Assembly (NCBI GenBank): GCA_900128395.1
Contig: LT649339.1
Span: forward strand, 1-36,216
Direction: 5' to 3'
DNA length: 36,216 bases
Source: Stramenopiles sp. TOSAG23-2
Taxonomy: Eukaryota
Shown: piece after piece, positions 1-11,660 of the stretch
Layout of the letters: each line of letters starts with the position of its first letter
Numbering within the stretch: the stretch's first letter is position 1
Made by a program: the position numbers and the translations under genes
Notes under the pieces: model-generated
Told to the model about the DNA's origin: nothing
The model's input: the letters and a program-made list of their open reading frames with translations, nothing else
Database searches by the model: none

Positions 1-135
1 ATATTACTTAACACGAGAAGTGTAAAATTATTATAACTTAGATTTTAACCATCATACGTATATATATGACGTATTAACCATTATTATATACGAAGAATAT
101 ATATATTATAATATTTATCAAATACGAAACCATTT

Positions 136-2520
136 TTATAATAACCTTTTGACTACTGATCTTACAACTTTTGCATTATTAGGATCAAATTCCTCATCAT
201 TGTCAACTATATCCATTTTATTTTCAACATCTCCCATAATTGGTTCCATCTCCTTTATTTCTATTTGTTTCATTGCTGTCACAGGTGTATTTGATTTGTC
301 ATTTAACGTATCATTTCCAACCTTCTCTTCTTCTACTTCATTTCCTTTTTCGACTTTCTTTTTAACACTTTTGCTTCCTTTATCGATCTCCTCTTCTTCT
401 TCTTCGTCAACATATTTAATATGTTTCAAACAATCATTATTAATCTGTTTTAACACATTATCATCCAGACAATCTAACTTCGGATGTTGCATCAATTTAA
501 CTAAACGTTGAAATGATCCTGCTTGTCTTTCTGATACACTCATAACGTGATTTGGATGCGCTTCTTGATGCTCCATTGCACATTCTACGCAGAAATAAAC
601 TTTTTGACGTGTTGTTAACTTTCGCTTCTTTGTTGTCCCACGTTTATTATTTACTTCTTGGCATGTACTACAATGCACATAAATATTAACAAATTCTCTA
701 TCAGGGCAAAATGCTTCACAAAAAATAATTTTTGCGCCATCTAGTTCTTCATGAATACCTTCAACGTTTTTGATCGTGCATTTCTTACATATTTGATGTT
801 GTTCAATTTCGCCATTTAAAATCTCTTGTAATTTCGTTGTAATAAATAATTTCAACGCTGGGTCTGAATCGAAATCTTTCTTCTCGTTAATTATAGTTTC
901 ATATACATAATCGATCAAAAGCATTTTCATGGGTACAATATTATCCACTCGTTTCACTTCTTTGTTTATTTCATATCGCGTAAATGCAGTTTGAAGTTGT
1001 TCCAATGATCCCAATCCAAAGTTCCAAGATGTATTGATTGCATGGCCCATCGATCGAACCCAATGCTGGGTTCCACCTTTTAAAACAACGACATCACCAG
1101 GTTCCTGTATTCCAGTCATCACAGGAATTCCATGACTGCGCAAAAATTTCACTGATGGAAAATACCTCCCTTCATCTTCATAAATATCCACACCACACTC
1201 ACGATAAACTACCTCGCGTAATTTGATCGCATGTTCAGGTGCAACTGCATACCACATACTTGCACCATCCCCATGTGAACAATTTATAGAGCGAAATCTT
1301 AAATTTTCTTCATGCCCCCCAGTCCACACCCCTGGTACCTTTAAGTACATTTGCGGACTAGTCATCCCCTCAATATCTTGACGTACATGACGCAATATAT
1401 CATCTGCTTTTTGACACAATAAAAATCGCGGCAATACTGTTTCTAATAGCTTGCGATATTCTTTCCATTCTCGCATATCCACATTTACACAGTATTTCAC
1501 TAAGTCTTTCTTTTTCGCATTTTTACCTTTTTTCCCGATATTTATCGCATTGTTATCCATCATCATACCGTTATGATCACTACTTTGACCATCGATGCCA
1601 ACAGTACCATCATCTTTTACAATACAATGTTGCTTTTCAAATCCAATATCTCTTACACCAATGGCTTTAACCCGCTTTTTTTTAAATCTTTTCTTTATCT
1701 TTCTATTTTTTTCCAAAAGATTTGTGAAATATTTAAGAAACCTTTTTAATGGTTGCTTTTGATTTGTATGGTCGTCCAAGTTGAAACCCACATCTTTTGG
1801 ATTTTGTAAAAGAACATCAACCTCTTGAGTGCCATAATTTTTTATCATGCTATCAAAATTTTTCATTTGACTATTAATACTCTCAGGAAATAACTTTTTT
1901 AATATAACTATTGGATATTTTAAAAGTTCTTCCTTTTCTTCATCGGTAAATGTTGCTGGTTGAGAATTGTTTTGTAACTTGTTATTTTTACTATCCTCAT
2001 CTTTATCTTTATTATTGTTATCTGATTTACCTTTTTGATTTATTTTATCTTTATTAGCATTATCAATAGGATTTTTTGATGTTGTTGCACCAATATGCAT
2101 CGTTGGAATTGATAATATAACTCCAGGCTTATCACCAGGATAGAACACATTTCCAATTGTTGTATTTTTAACATTATCATGACGAAGTTCTGGTTGAAAT
2201 GCATTTGTGTTTGTATTAAGTCGTTTTGCCATTGTCTTATATTTTGTAGAAAGACTTGAAGAACCTTTAGTACTAGGATCAATAGACATACCGCCTTGTT
2301 TTAATATTTGATCTATTTTCATCTTTTTATGTATATTAGAGGCTTTTACAGCTATTATTTTATTTGTATTGTGTAGTTTAGCTGCAGGTTTTTTACTTTG
2401 TTTTTTTTTTTTAGATTCTTTCCCCTCTTCTTCCTCAGCAACAAAACGTTGTGGTTTTTTTCTAATTCGTTTGGTATTTTGAACTGGCCAATCATCTAAT
2501 CTATTCGAAATACCGGACAT
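136..2520 (-). CDS. JmjC-domain histone demethylase, KDM6 (UTX/JMJD3)-like, with C-terminal zinc-binding domain
   Basis: 794-aa ORF. QMYLKVPGVWTGGHEENLRFRSIN and QEPGDVVVLKGGTQHWVRSMG match the KDM6 JmjC core (HxE...H Fe ligands). It continues with IVPMKML and a Cys cluster (CEAFC...CSTC...CVEC) and has a Lys-rich NLS-like N-terminus. Confidence 0.85.
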   Translation of the reverse strand: MSGISNRLDDWPVQNTKRIRKKPQRFVAEEEEGKESKKKKQSKKPAAKLHNTNKIIAVKASNIHKKMKIDQILKQGGMSIDPSTKGSSSLSTKYKTMAKRLNTNTNAFQPELRHDNVKNTTIGNVFYPGDKPGVILSIPTMHIGATTSKNPIDNANKDKINQKGKSDNNNKDKDEDSKNNKLQNNSQPATFTDEEKEELLKYPIVILKKLFPESINSQMKNFDSMIKNYGTQEVDVLLQNPKDVGFNLDDHTNQKQPLKRFLKYFTNLLEKNRKIKKRFKKKRVKAIGVRDIGFEKQHCIVKDDGTVGIDGQSSDHNGMMMDNNAINIGKKGKNAKKKDLVKYCVNVDMREWKEYRKLLETVLPRFLLCQKADDILRHVRQDIEGMTSPQMYLKVPGVWTGGHEENLRFRSINCSHGDGASMWYAVAPEHAIKLREVVYRECGVDIYEDEGRYFPSVKFLRSHGIPVMTGIQEPGDVVVLKGGTQHWVRSMGHAINTSWNFGLGSLEQLQTAFTRYEINKEVKRVDNIVPMKMLLIDYVYETIINEKKDFDSDPALKLFITTKLQEILNGEIEQHQICKKCTIKNVEGIHEELDGAKIIFCEAFCPDREFVNIYVHCSTCQEVNNKRGTTKKRKLTTRQKVYFCVECAMEHQEAHPNHVMSVSERQAGSFQRLVKLMQHPKLDCLDDNVLKQINNDCLKHIKYVDEEEEEEIDKGSKSVKKKVEKGNEVEEEKVGNDTLNDKSNTPVTAMKQIEIKEMEPIMGDVENKMDIVDNDEEFDPNNAKVVRSVVKRLL

Positions 2521-3366
2521 GTTCGATCGTTTTTCTCTCTTTTTTCCTCCTCTCTGTGTATGTATATATTGTTAGAATCTTTGACTGAATGTAATGTTTG
2601 CCTTTTGTTATCTTTGGTGTTTTAATTTGTGATATATGTATGTATGTATGTTTGTATCTTATCTATTAGTCGTTTGATGTAGAACCACGCACATTTAGCG
2701 ATTATTATTGTTGATTTATTACTGTATTTTTTGCGATGTGCGATGTAGATGTGGTAATCTTCTGGTAATGTTAAATAATTTTGCCGATGTGTAAGTTCAC
2801 ATCACATCACATCACACCTGCGGATCCAATAGTATATCTATGCTATTTTTTAGATTTTTCTAGATTTCTAGATTTCTATATATATATCTTGTTATTTATG
2901 ATTTATGATTGATTGACACAGTGAAGAAAAGGTGTGCCCAAGGTTACAGTGCTATTTTCTATTTTATTACAGTATCGGCAATGGATGTATTCATATAGGA
3001 GCTTGTCGTCCTCGTATACCACCAGTTGGGTACACGTAGTATTATATTATATAATAGTCGTCTAATAACAATCGTAGTGCTAAGATTATTAAGATCTTCT
3101 CCTCCTCTGCGTTTTTTTATTACATGAGAGCTGTTGTTGTTTTTGCCACCTTTGCTGGTTTGCACTTTTCGTTTGTTTTTTTTGTATAATATTTCGTACC
3201 TGGTATTTTTTACCAAAAAAATTATTAGACTAATAAAATAATCTATTAGTCTATTTATATTATTCTTCTAGAATTAATTAGTTAAAAGTAATATACAACA
3301 ACAAATAAAGATATCATTTAATTCCAAAAACTTAAAGTTATAAATTATCCAAAAAACATATAAACA

Positions 3367-4572
3367 ATGGCTGATGAAAAAGAGACTGGTGTAACGTCAC
3401 TTGACAATAATTTATCCTTGCACTTATTTTCAAAAGATATATTGTTATCATATCATAACTATTTAAAATGGAAAGATATGTATAATTTTATACAAACATC
3501 AAACGTTGCATTGGGATATTTTAATGATTTAAATTTATGGAGAAAATCTTTGCGTAGAAAGTTATTGATAGAATCAATTCCACAATATTTAAATTGGCCA
3601 TTAAGAAGTAAATCAGAAATGATTGCAATACAAAAGAAAAAATCCGTACTATTAAAAAAATATCCTGGATACAAAAAATATATAAAAAAATTACAAACAG
3701 ACGAAGATGAAGTTGCTGGATTATATGAAATGTTTGGCCATAAAAAAGTAGGATGGCGCATTGATGTACAGCCAGATCCATTTGATTTAATTCATAATAA
3801 TGATCCTAGTGGCTATAATTTATCAAAAAGCAGCTTGATGAAACTCACGCCATTGTTGCAAGCTAAAGTAACATTTTATTATGCAAAAGGTATTAAAGAT
3901 TATGAAAATAGAAAATTTGAAGACTCTTTAAAAGCATTAAATATAGCTTTAGAAATAGCGCCAAAGCATGATTTAATACTTTGTAGATTAGGCGATACAT
4001 CGTATGCTTTGAGGTTAAAAGCTGAAGAGCTTGTCTCCGAAGATGAGGTTAAAAGTTATTATGAAGCAGCTTTGGAAATGAATCCATCCTCTTCAAGTGC
4101 ATATAACGGACTAGCTCTTTTTTCAAAATCAAAATCAAGATTTACTATTGGTGGTCGAAATCCAAATGAAGGCGTACCATTTTCCATAAGTTTCAATCGA
4201 TTATCCTTTCAAAGAGCTGCTTTGCTATTAGACCCATTCAATACCTATACCATTGTAAATTATTTCACGGCAATTAAAAACCCGTATGATATATTATATA
4301 AAAGGACTGCAGGTGGTACGGAAAAGTTGGTTTTTATTTATTCTCTTGTAATGCAAGCATTAAAATTGGCAGTAAGTTGGAATCCAAATTTATTTTATGC
4401 ACGTTTATCAATTGCTGATATGTTATCCCATAGTCGTCAATATGAAGGTGCATTAAAAGTATTGAAAGAACAACCTAATTGGGAAAACGTTGATGACTAT
4501 AGTCGTCGGGTGAATGTAATTGAAGGATTAATAGTAAGATTGGGGTTGGAAACATTGAATACGAGAAGATAA
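3367..4572 (+). CDS. F-box-like / TPR-repeat protein
   Basis: 401-aa ORF. The N-terminal LHLFSKDILLSYHNYLKWKDMYNF...DLNLWRKSL has F-box spacing. TPR-like helices follow: YYAKG...ALNIALEIAP, YYEAALEMNPSSSSAYNGLA, ALKLAVSWNP. Confidence 0.65.
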   Translation: MADEKETGVTSLDNNLSLHLFSKDILLSYHNYLKWKDMYNFIQTSNVALGYFNDLNLWRKSLRRKLLIESIPQYLNWPLRSKSEMIAIQKKKSVLLKKYPGYKKYIKKLQTDEDEVAGLYEMFGHKKVGWRIDVQPDPFDLIHNNDPSGYNLSKSSLMKLTPLLQAKVTFYYAKGIKDYENRKFEDSLKALNIALEIAPKHDLILCRLGDTSYALRLKAEELVSEDEVKSYYEAALEMNPSSSSAYNGLALFSKSKSRFTIGGRNPNEGVPFSISFNRLSFQRAALLLDPFNTYTIVNYFTAIKNPYDILYKRTAGGTEKLVFIYSLVMQALKLAVSWNPNLFYARLSIADMLSHSRQYEGALKVLKEQPNWENVDDYSRRVNVIEGLIVRLGLETLNTRR

Positions 4573-4990
4573 ATAAATGAAAAAAGGAGTGCAGTCGTCT
4601 ATATCTATTTGATCAACCATTATTCATATTCACTTATAAACTAAATTTTAAAAAAGGTATAAATAGTTATCCTTCTATCTTCTACCAATAGTAAAGCTAG
4701 CCCAGCTAGCTCCCTACCACACTGGTGGTAGTGTTATTATATACTCACAATACTACGTACCTGGTAATCCTGGTAATAATATAATAATCTTCCTCGTCGT
4801 CGGTGGTCTGAAAAAACTTCTTTCTAAAAACCAACCATTTTTTTAATAATTATTACAAACACACATACAGATAGAGTCTACATTCACATACACAAAGAGA
4901 TAGAAATCTATTTGGTAGAAATATTATAACAACATTATTGTATATATATGTATATATAGAATATATTCATAGGTATATTTAATCAACATT

Positions 4991-7018
4991 ATGAACCGAA
5001 TAGATCCACTTCATTGTAAAAGACTAATTCATTTCTTACAAAAGGAAAATACGCCATTACAAAATAAATATATATGTCCAAGATGTATGTGTAGAAAATT
5101 AATTATTGAATCTAGTAATTGTATTTATTTAACAAAAGAAAATGAAATTGTTACTAAATTAAATGATATCTTCAATGATGTAAACGATGGAAAACATAAT
5201 TTATTAACTGAACAAGATCATGCAAAGTCAAATTGTGTATTATGTTTGGGTATATTACAAGATAAATTTTTACTCCCATTTGCAGAAAAAGTATCTAAAG
5301 TACTTGAAGCTTCAGGGTTTGATTACAGTGATGCAATAGGCGAAAATATGCAAACAAATACTTCTTTGCCTTCAGCACTATACATTCGTGAATACAAATT
5401 TTGGCAATTGTTTTACAAAGATGTAAATTTAAATGATTCATCTTCTGCAATTCAAGCACAGTCATTTAAATCCTATTCTAGTGAACGAGATAAAATGTTT
5501 GTTGGTATTAGGTTTATTTTACGAAAATTTATAATTGAGAAATTAATGATATTAAACCGCAATGCAAACAACAGCAATAATAATAATAATAATAATAATG
5601 TTGAATATTGGAAACAGAAATTTAATGATAATTTTGTGATTCGCCATCAACATGTCGACATGGACATTGATATGTTATCATCCTTGAATACCAACGATAG
5701 TATTCATGAAGAAATGTTAAAGCAATCGAATGAAGATCGCGCAATCAAGCCTTTAAATGATTTAAGTATTAGAATAACTATCAATTATAAATCTAACTTC
5801 TATGAAGTTGAAGAATTTTGTAAAAAAATATGCTCAGTCCTTGGAACGAAAATTATTTATGATACCTGTAATAATAATGATAATAGCGACAAGCATGAAA
5901 GCGGTAGTGATAATCATAAAAAAAATAGTAGAAAATATAAACGCCAACGTATTTCAAAAAATAATAAAGGCAAACGTATAATAGCTACGGGCGAAGTTAT
6001 ACGTTTAATAGATAATTTTGTAAAAAATAAATTCTTAAAGAAAGGAAATGGTAAGAATAATGATGATTCATCATCTTCATCGGTAACAACAACGACAACA
6101 ACAACGACGACGATAGTATCAGGAGCATCGAAATTTATCGATAAAATAATTTTTCCCAATGTTAATTTTCCAATGGAATTATCTGCAAGCAATAATAATA
6201 ACAACAGTAATATGATTGTTGAGAAACCAGCAAAGAAACAAGATGAAATGGTAAAAATTCATATAGAGCGAGAAACAATATATTTAAAAGGCAATTATTT
6301 AAAACATTTAAGAGGTTTGCCACAATCGCCATGGACGATTAATGGTGTACGTAAAGGTATATCCTCTGTCCAAGAATACTTAGCAGAAAATATTATAAAG
6401 CTATACGAACCAAAATCATATAAATTTCATTCATCTGGACGCGAAGATATTGATGTCCGAATGCTCGGTAATGGCAGACCATATGCATTGGAGTTAATAA
6501 ATTGTAAAATGTGTCCTATTAAAATGAGCAAGTATTTATCTGTAATAGAGAATTTAACAAATGAGACATATGATGCTATTGAATCAAATGGTTTGACATG
6601 GTGTACAGAAAGTGATCCGTATGTATCGTTAGAAGCAAATTGTGAAGACAAAAATAAAACGTATGCATGTGTATGTTGTGTCTCCAAACCAGTATCAGCA
6701 AAAGAATTGGTTGAAAAATTAGATTCAATATGTGTAAAACCAATACCAATTATACAAAAAACACCAATACGAGTATTACATCGAAGGCCTAACTTAGACC
6801 GTACACGACATATTTATTCTATGAAAACAGAATGGTTGAATAAACATTTTTTCATATTGACACTAATTGCAGAGGCTGGTACGTACATAAAAGAATTCGT
6901 GCACTCAGACTTTGGCCGCACAAGACCAAACGTAGGTGAATTATTGGGTAAAGATGTAGATGCAGATATTTTACAATTAGATGTTATGAGTGTGAACTTT
7001 AACAATAAGAAAGAGTAA
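4991..7018 (+). CDS. PUS10: tRNA pseudouridine synthase Pus10
   Basis: Motifs GNYLKHLRGLPQSPW, catalytic SSGREDIDVRMLGNGRP, QKTPIRVLHRR and AGTYIKEFVHSDFGRTRP, plus N-terminal Zn pairs CPRC/CVLC. Contains low-complexity N/T/S insertions. Confidence 0.95.
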   Translation: MNRIDPLHCKRLIHFLQKENTPLQNKYICPRCMCRKLIIESSNCIYLTKENEIVTKLNDIFNDVNDGKHNLLTEQDHAKSNCVLCLGILQDKFLLPFAEKVSKVLEASGFDYSDAIGENMQTNTSLPSALYIREYKFWQLFYKDVNLNDSSSAIQAQSFKSYSSERDKMFVGIRFILRKFIIEKLMILNRNANNSNNNNNNNNVEYWKQKFNDNFVIRHQHVDMDIDMLSSLNTNDSIHEEMLKQSNEDRAIKPLNDLSIRITINYKSNFYEVEEFCKKICSVLGTKIIYDTCNNNDNSDKHESGSDNHKKNSRKYKRQRISKNNKGKRIIATGEVIRLIDNFVKNKFLKKGNGKNNDDSSSSSVTTTTTTTTTIVSGASKFIDKIIFPNVNFPMELSASNNNNNSNMIVEKPAKKQDEMVKIHIERETIYLKGNYLKHLRGLPQSPWTINGVRKGISSVQEYLAENIIKLYEPKSYKFHSSGREDIDVRMLGNGRPYALELINCKMCPIKMSKYLSVIENLTNETYDAIESNGLTWCTESDPYVSLEANCEDKNKTYACVCCVSKPVSAKELVEKLDSICVKPIPIIQKTPIRVLHRRPNLDRTRHIYSMKTEWLNKHFFILTLIAEAGTYIKEFVHSDFGRTRPNVGELLGKDVDADILQLDVMSVNFNNKKE

Positions 7019-7042
7019 ATATTTCAATATGAAAAACTATTT

Positions 7043-7999
7043 TTACGCTTTCTTTGCTTTTAAATTTTTTAAATATTCCGTATACTTCACATCAGTTCCA
7101 TGCAATTTATCCAACAAGCCAATATTACCATAATTCGTAGTGAACTTTTGATGATGAAAATCATGAAAAGATGGTTGATGATCATGTGCCATCCATGGCC
7201 AATCATAACCACAATGATGAGTCTGTGTTCCTAAAACAGCAAATGTGACCCATACGATTAACGTATAAATATGTGAATTCATAATGAATATACCGACAAA
7301 TAATGGTAATACATTTGATAATAACATTTCAATTGGATGGCAATATGATGCTACTAGACCTACAGGTGCTGTGAATTCATGATGCTGTTTATGTATCCAT
7401 GTATAAAAAGGTTTTTGATGCAATAATCGATGTCCATAATAAAATAGAACTTCATCAAACAACACTGCTACCAATATATCACGTGCTATTTCAAACGGAG
7501 TTGGTAAAATATTTGTAACTCTGATAACTTCCCAATGATACAATGCATATGCAGTTGGCCAAATGACAAAAAGTTGACCTGAAAGTACATTCAATACAAC
7601 TTTTTTAATTAATGGATAATCCCATGTCGTTAGCTTCACATCTTTCTTTGTTGATTTTTTTAAATATGTATTTTTTTGTATTTTAAATTTCATAAGTTGC
7701 GATGGATAAAATAAAAAGTCCAACAATAATAAAAATAACCCATTTATCCAATACGTCGCAATACAAATTAATGGCAGTAATACTACCATGACTTGAAAAT
7801 ATGTCAAATTATCCACAATAGATGCCCACATTTCTTGTGGAAAATATAACATAAAATAAGCAAGGAATATAGCTGGTGGCGCAGGCCCAGATGCCCCTAA
7901 AGTTAATAGAAGGAATAATACTGGTCCATAAATTGGTTCATATGGCATTATATTTTCCTTTGCAAAATCAGCAATTATGGAAGTGCTATTGTAATCCAT
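7043..7999 (-). CDS. Fatty acid hydroxylase / sterol desaturase family protein (FAXDC2-like)
   Basis: His boxes [22 protein letters not shown] and [20 protein letters not shown]; several hydrophobic segments; lysine-rich C-terminus KAKKA resembling an ER retrieval signal. Confidence 0.9.
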   Translation of the reverse strand: MDYNSTSIIADFAKENIMPYEPIYGPVLFLLLTLGASGPAPPAIFLAYFMLYFPQEMWASIVDNLTYFQVMVVLLPLICIATYWINGLFLLLLDFLFYPSQLMKFKIQKNTYLKKSTKKDVKLTTWDYPLIKKVVLNVLSGQLFVIWPTAYALYHWEVIRVTNILPTPFEIARDILVAVLFDEVLFYYGHRLLHQKPFYTWIHKQHHEFTAPVGLVASYCHPIEMLLSNVLPLFVGIFIMNSHIYTLIVWVTFAVLGTQTHHCGYDWPWMAHDHQPSFHDFHHQKFTTNYGNIGLLDKLHGTDVKYTEYLKNLKAKKA

Positions 8000-8778
8000 T
8001 ATTTGTTGATAGTGTTACGTACGTGTATGCGTATATATAGTTATTGATAAATATTGAATCAGAATATTTCCTGTATATGTATATATATATGTTAATACAT
8101 ATAATTGGTTGACATGATACAGTATGTTGCACGCGTGCCTAATACTTACAGTATATATATATTCAGTCGTTATAATCACACACACACACACTCAAACAAA
8201 TTTCTGGCTGTATTATGTTAGATGTGTTCAGTACTGTAGCTAGCTAGAATACAACCAAGTACAGTGGAGCCACCTATTATAGGTACGTAAATACAGAAAG
8301 CACGAAATACTGCATAGTGTGTTGTGATGATGATGAGATGCTGTAAATCTGTTGTGGTGGAGTTGTGCTTGAAATAAATCCTGAATGTAATAATACTGTA
8401 GCAAGTACCAGCATACACAATGGAAACCTCGCGTGGAAACCTCGTGCCACGAATTGCTCATCGAATAGTGCTGGGCATGCCATATAATAATAGATCCAAT
8501 CATATGTAGTACACTGTACACTAGTATCTCCCTATGAAATGGATATACTTCATGCTATTAACCTATTATTACACGAACAAAGAATGAATAAATGAATTTT
8601 CGTGTACAACCATCAACAACAAATAACACTAATAACAATAGGGATCGAGCACCAAATATATAGAATAGAATATATATACATAAATGTCATCTATATCAAT
8701 AAACAATATATATAATACATATATATATATATATATAGAATAACAGAGGTATCATACTAAGAAGATTTTGTAACAAAG

Positions 8779-9600
8779 ATGGCTTCGTTATTAATGAAAA
8801 AATTTACACGCAATGTGTTTAAAGCACAGACACAACAAGTACGTTTATTATCATCTGCTGGGGAGTTAAAAGTGGATTTGCCAAAAAAAGCAAATATTCA
8901 CCATTTTAAAATATATCGTTATGATCCAGAGGAGAAACAAAAGCCATATATCCAAACATATCCAGTCGATATGAATAATTGTGGACCGATGGTGTTGGAT
9001 GCGTTGATCAAAATTAAAAATGAACAAGATTCCACATTGACTTTCCGTCGTTCATGCCGTGAAGGTATTTGTGGTTCTTGTGCTATGAATATTGATGGTG
9101 GTAATACACTAGCATGTTTAAAAGATGTGGAAGGTGATACAACGAAAATTTATCCTTTGCCACATATGTATGTCGTAAAAGATTTAGTACCAGATATGGG
9201 TAACTTTTATGACCAATACAAAACAATTCAACCATGGTTGAAACGTAAAGACGCACCAACTGCTGGCGTTCCAACGGAGGAAAACAAACAAACCATCGAA
9301 GACAGAAAAAAATTGGATGGTATGTATGAGTGTATTTTATGCGCTTGTTGTAGTACATCATGCCCAAGTTATTGGTGGAATGCAGATAAATATTTAGGAC
9401 CTGCCGTATTGATGCAAGCATTCCGTTGGATTGATGATAGTCGTGATGAATTCACAAAAGAACGTTTGGAAGATTTAGATGATGCATTTAAATTGTATCG
9501 TTGCCATACAATTATGAATTGTACGAAAACATGTCCAAAACATTTAAATCCTGGAAAAGCTATTGCTAAAATTAAGAAGAAAATTGCTGAAATGCATTAA
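8779..9600 (+). CDS. SDHB: Succinate dehydrogenase iron-sulfur subunit, mitochondrial
   Basis: [36 protein letters not shown] and [16 protein letters not shown]. The N-terminus is a basic mitochondrial presequence. Confidence 0.98.
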   Translation: MASLLMKKFTRNVFKAQTQQVRLLSSAGELKVDLPKKANIHHFKIYRYDPEEKQKPYIQTYPVDMNNCGPMVLDALIKIKNEQDSTLTFRRSCREGICGSCAMNIDGGNTLACLKDVEGDTTKIYPLPHMYVVKDLVPDMGNFYDQYKTIQPWLKRKDAPTAGVPTEENKQTIEDRKKLDGMYECILCACCSTSCPSYWWNADKYLGPAVLMQAFRWIDDSRDEFTKERLEDLDDAFKLYRCHTIMNCTKTCPKHLNPGKAIAKIKKKIAEMH

Positions 9601-10189
9601 AAAAAAGAAAATTTATATATATATTTTTAAAGTATATATATATAATATATATCATATTATTTGTTTGTGTTGTTGAGAAAGTATGTGTGTGTACATATGT
9701 GTATATATGTATATTTGTACATGTAGATTCATCTACAGATAGATTTTCTGTGTGTATAGATTTATGTGTGTACATTTTGCATATATGGCCCACGAATCAA
9801 CAAAGAGCGAGAGTTAAATCTCACATTTTTTATAGTATCATAGGGTACAGCACTACACAAAAATTAAAATAATATACCGGTATCTATTTTTTATTTTTCA
9901 TATATACGAAGTATGTTCACTGTGTGTATATGTTTGTTTTTTAGGAAAATACGTAAAAAATAAAAATACGAGATGCTTTATTATTATCGTTAATGTAATA
10001 ATGATGAAAGAGAGTTGGTGGTACAGTGTAAAAACGTATATTAATATATTTTTTTTATTTTATTTTAGCGTAGTATGATATTTACCACGGGAACTAAAAT
10101 TATTATCATTATGATATATGGTGGTATAAACTTAGATTTTAACCATTCATTATTTTTATATAAAAATAAAAAAAAACATTCTTCCCAAA

Positions 10190-10225
<36 letters not shown>

Positions 10226-10307
10226 CGCTCTCTCTACACACCTCACAAAGAAAGAGAGAAAAATATGTGTGTATTAATTAAATTTTTCCTCGTCTCTCTC
10301 GTATATT

Positions 10308-11660
10308 TTACAAATTAGGATTTTCTAATAATGTCGCATTTCCTAGTCCACTATCTGCACATGCAGCGCATATACCATATTTCTTATTTTCACGTTGCAA
10401 TCTATTCGCTAATGTTGTTACGAGCCTGGAGCCAGTGGCACCAAATGGATGACCAATGGACAATGAACCACCCCAGTTATTAATTTTACTATGTGGAATC
10501 TTACCAACAGCCTTATCATACCCATCAAATCTGGTGGATGAAAATTCATCAGATTCCAATGCAGCTAAATTTGCTAATACTTGACCAGCAAATGCTTCAT
10601 GAATTTCCCATACATCAATATCATCAACTGTTAAATTATTTGATTTTAAAATTTTAGCAATGCAAAATGCAGGTGCTAATAATAATTCCTCAAATGGATC
10701 AACTGCATGATAATTCCAATCCTTTAATATTGCCATCGGTTTCATATCCAACTCCTCCGCTTTCGTGTTTGACATAATCAAAGAGCATGAAGCACCATCA
10801 GACATGAACGATGCATTTGCAGCTGTGATTGTACCATGTGGTTTAATAAATGCTGGTTTTAATTTTTGATAATCTTCCATAGTTGTACCACCACGAACAC
10901 CATTATCTTCACTATTACCGTTTACAGGGACAATTTGAGATGCTAATAATCCTTCTTTATGCGCTGTAGCAGCACAATCATGAGATTTCTTTGCAAATTC
11001 ATCTTGTGCCTCCCTTGTGATTCCAAATTTTGCAGCCAATCTATCTGCACTATGCCCCATCACTTCACCAGTAATAAAATTTGAAACTGCAGGTGCTTCT
11101 GGGACAAGTTCTTTCATTGAAAAACCTTTTGAAAAATGTTTTAATCCACCAATTGGACCTTTTTTCATAGCTTTGCCAGCGCCTATAAGACGCTTTCTCA
11201 TCCTCTCGTTGTAACGGATTGGTGCATCCGACATAGTTTCAGCACCTCCAGCTAAGATAACATCTGCACGCCCACTTAATATTTTCTCTGCACCAGTTGT
11301 AATAGCTTGGTTCGAACTAATACAAGCCATGCTAACGGTATGTGCTGGAGTTGTTTTTAATAATCCTGCACCAAGTGCACATTCTCTTGCTAAATTATGC
11401 GTTTTAACTTCTTGTATGACAGTGCCAAAGGATACGTAATCGATATCACTTGGCTTCAATGCAGTTTTATCCATTAGACCCTTAATTGCAATACGACCTA
11501 AATCATATGCTTTCATATCATCAAAATCAGTACTACTACGTTTAAATGGTGTACGTACACCGTCCACAACCACTACGTGTCGTGGTGTAGCTTTAGCTTT
11601 TGTAGCAAATGTACGCATTGTAGTTCTTTTCATTGCATGATTTATATTTTGCACAAACAT
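10308..11660 (-). CDS. HADHB: Mitochondrial trifunctional enzyme beta subunit (3-ketoacyl-CoA thiolase)
   Basis: VVVDGVRTPF, catalytic MACISSNQA, HEAF motif (WEIHEAFAGQVLAN), GGSLSIGHPFGATG and C-terminal AACA. The start is placed at the first ATG (11660) rather than the GTG at 11687 and begins a presequence-like peptide. Confidence 0.92.
   Translation of the reverse strand: MFVQNINHAMKRTTMRTFATKAKATPRHVVVVDGVRTPFKRSSTDFDDMKAYDLGRIAIKGLMDKTALKPSDIDYVSFGTVIQEVKTHNLARECALGAGLLKTTPAHTVSMACISSNQAITTGAEKILSGRADVILAGGAETMSDAPIRYNERMRKRLIGAGKAMKKGPIGGLKHFSKGFSMKELVPEAPAVSNFITGEVMGHSADRLAAKFGITREAQDEFAKKSHDCAATAHKEGLLASQIVPVNGNSEDNGVRGGTTMEDYQKLKPAFIKPHGTITAANASFMSDGASCSLIMSNTKAEELDMKPMAILKDWNYHAVDPFEELLLAPAFCIAKILKSNNLTVDDIDVWEIHEAFAGQVLANLAALESDEFSSTRFDGYDKAVGKIPHSKINNWGGSLSIGHPFGATGSRLVTTLANRLQRENKKYGICAACADSGLGNATLLENPNL

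Noticed and set aside
8324-8384. Possible box C/D snoRNA (GTGATGA ... CTGA) between the hydroxylase and SDHB
   Set aside because: The C box is part of a (GAT)n microsatellite, and there is no convincing terminal stem or recognisable rRNA-antisense element. A covariance-model search would be needed.
8218-8521. Three overlapping short minus-strand ORFs and a TGGAAACCTCG direct repeat
   Set aside because: They show no protein-like motifs and lie in a divergent promoter region of ordinary size.
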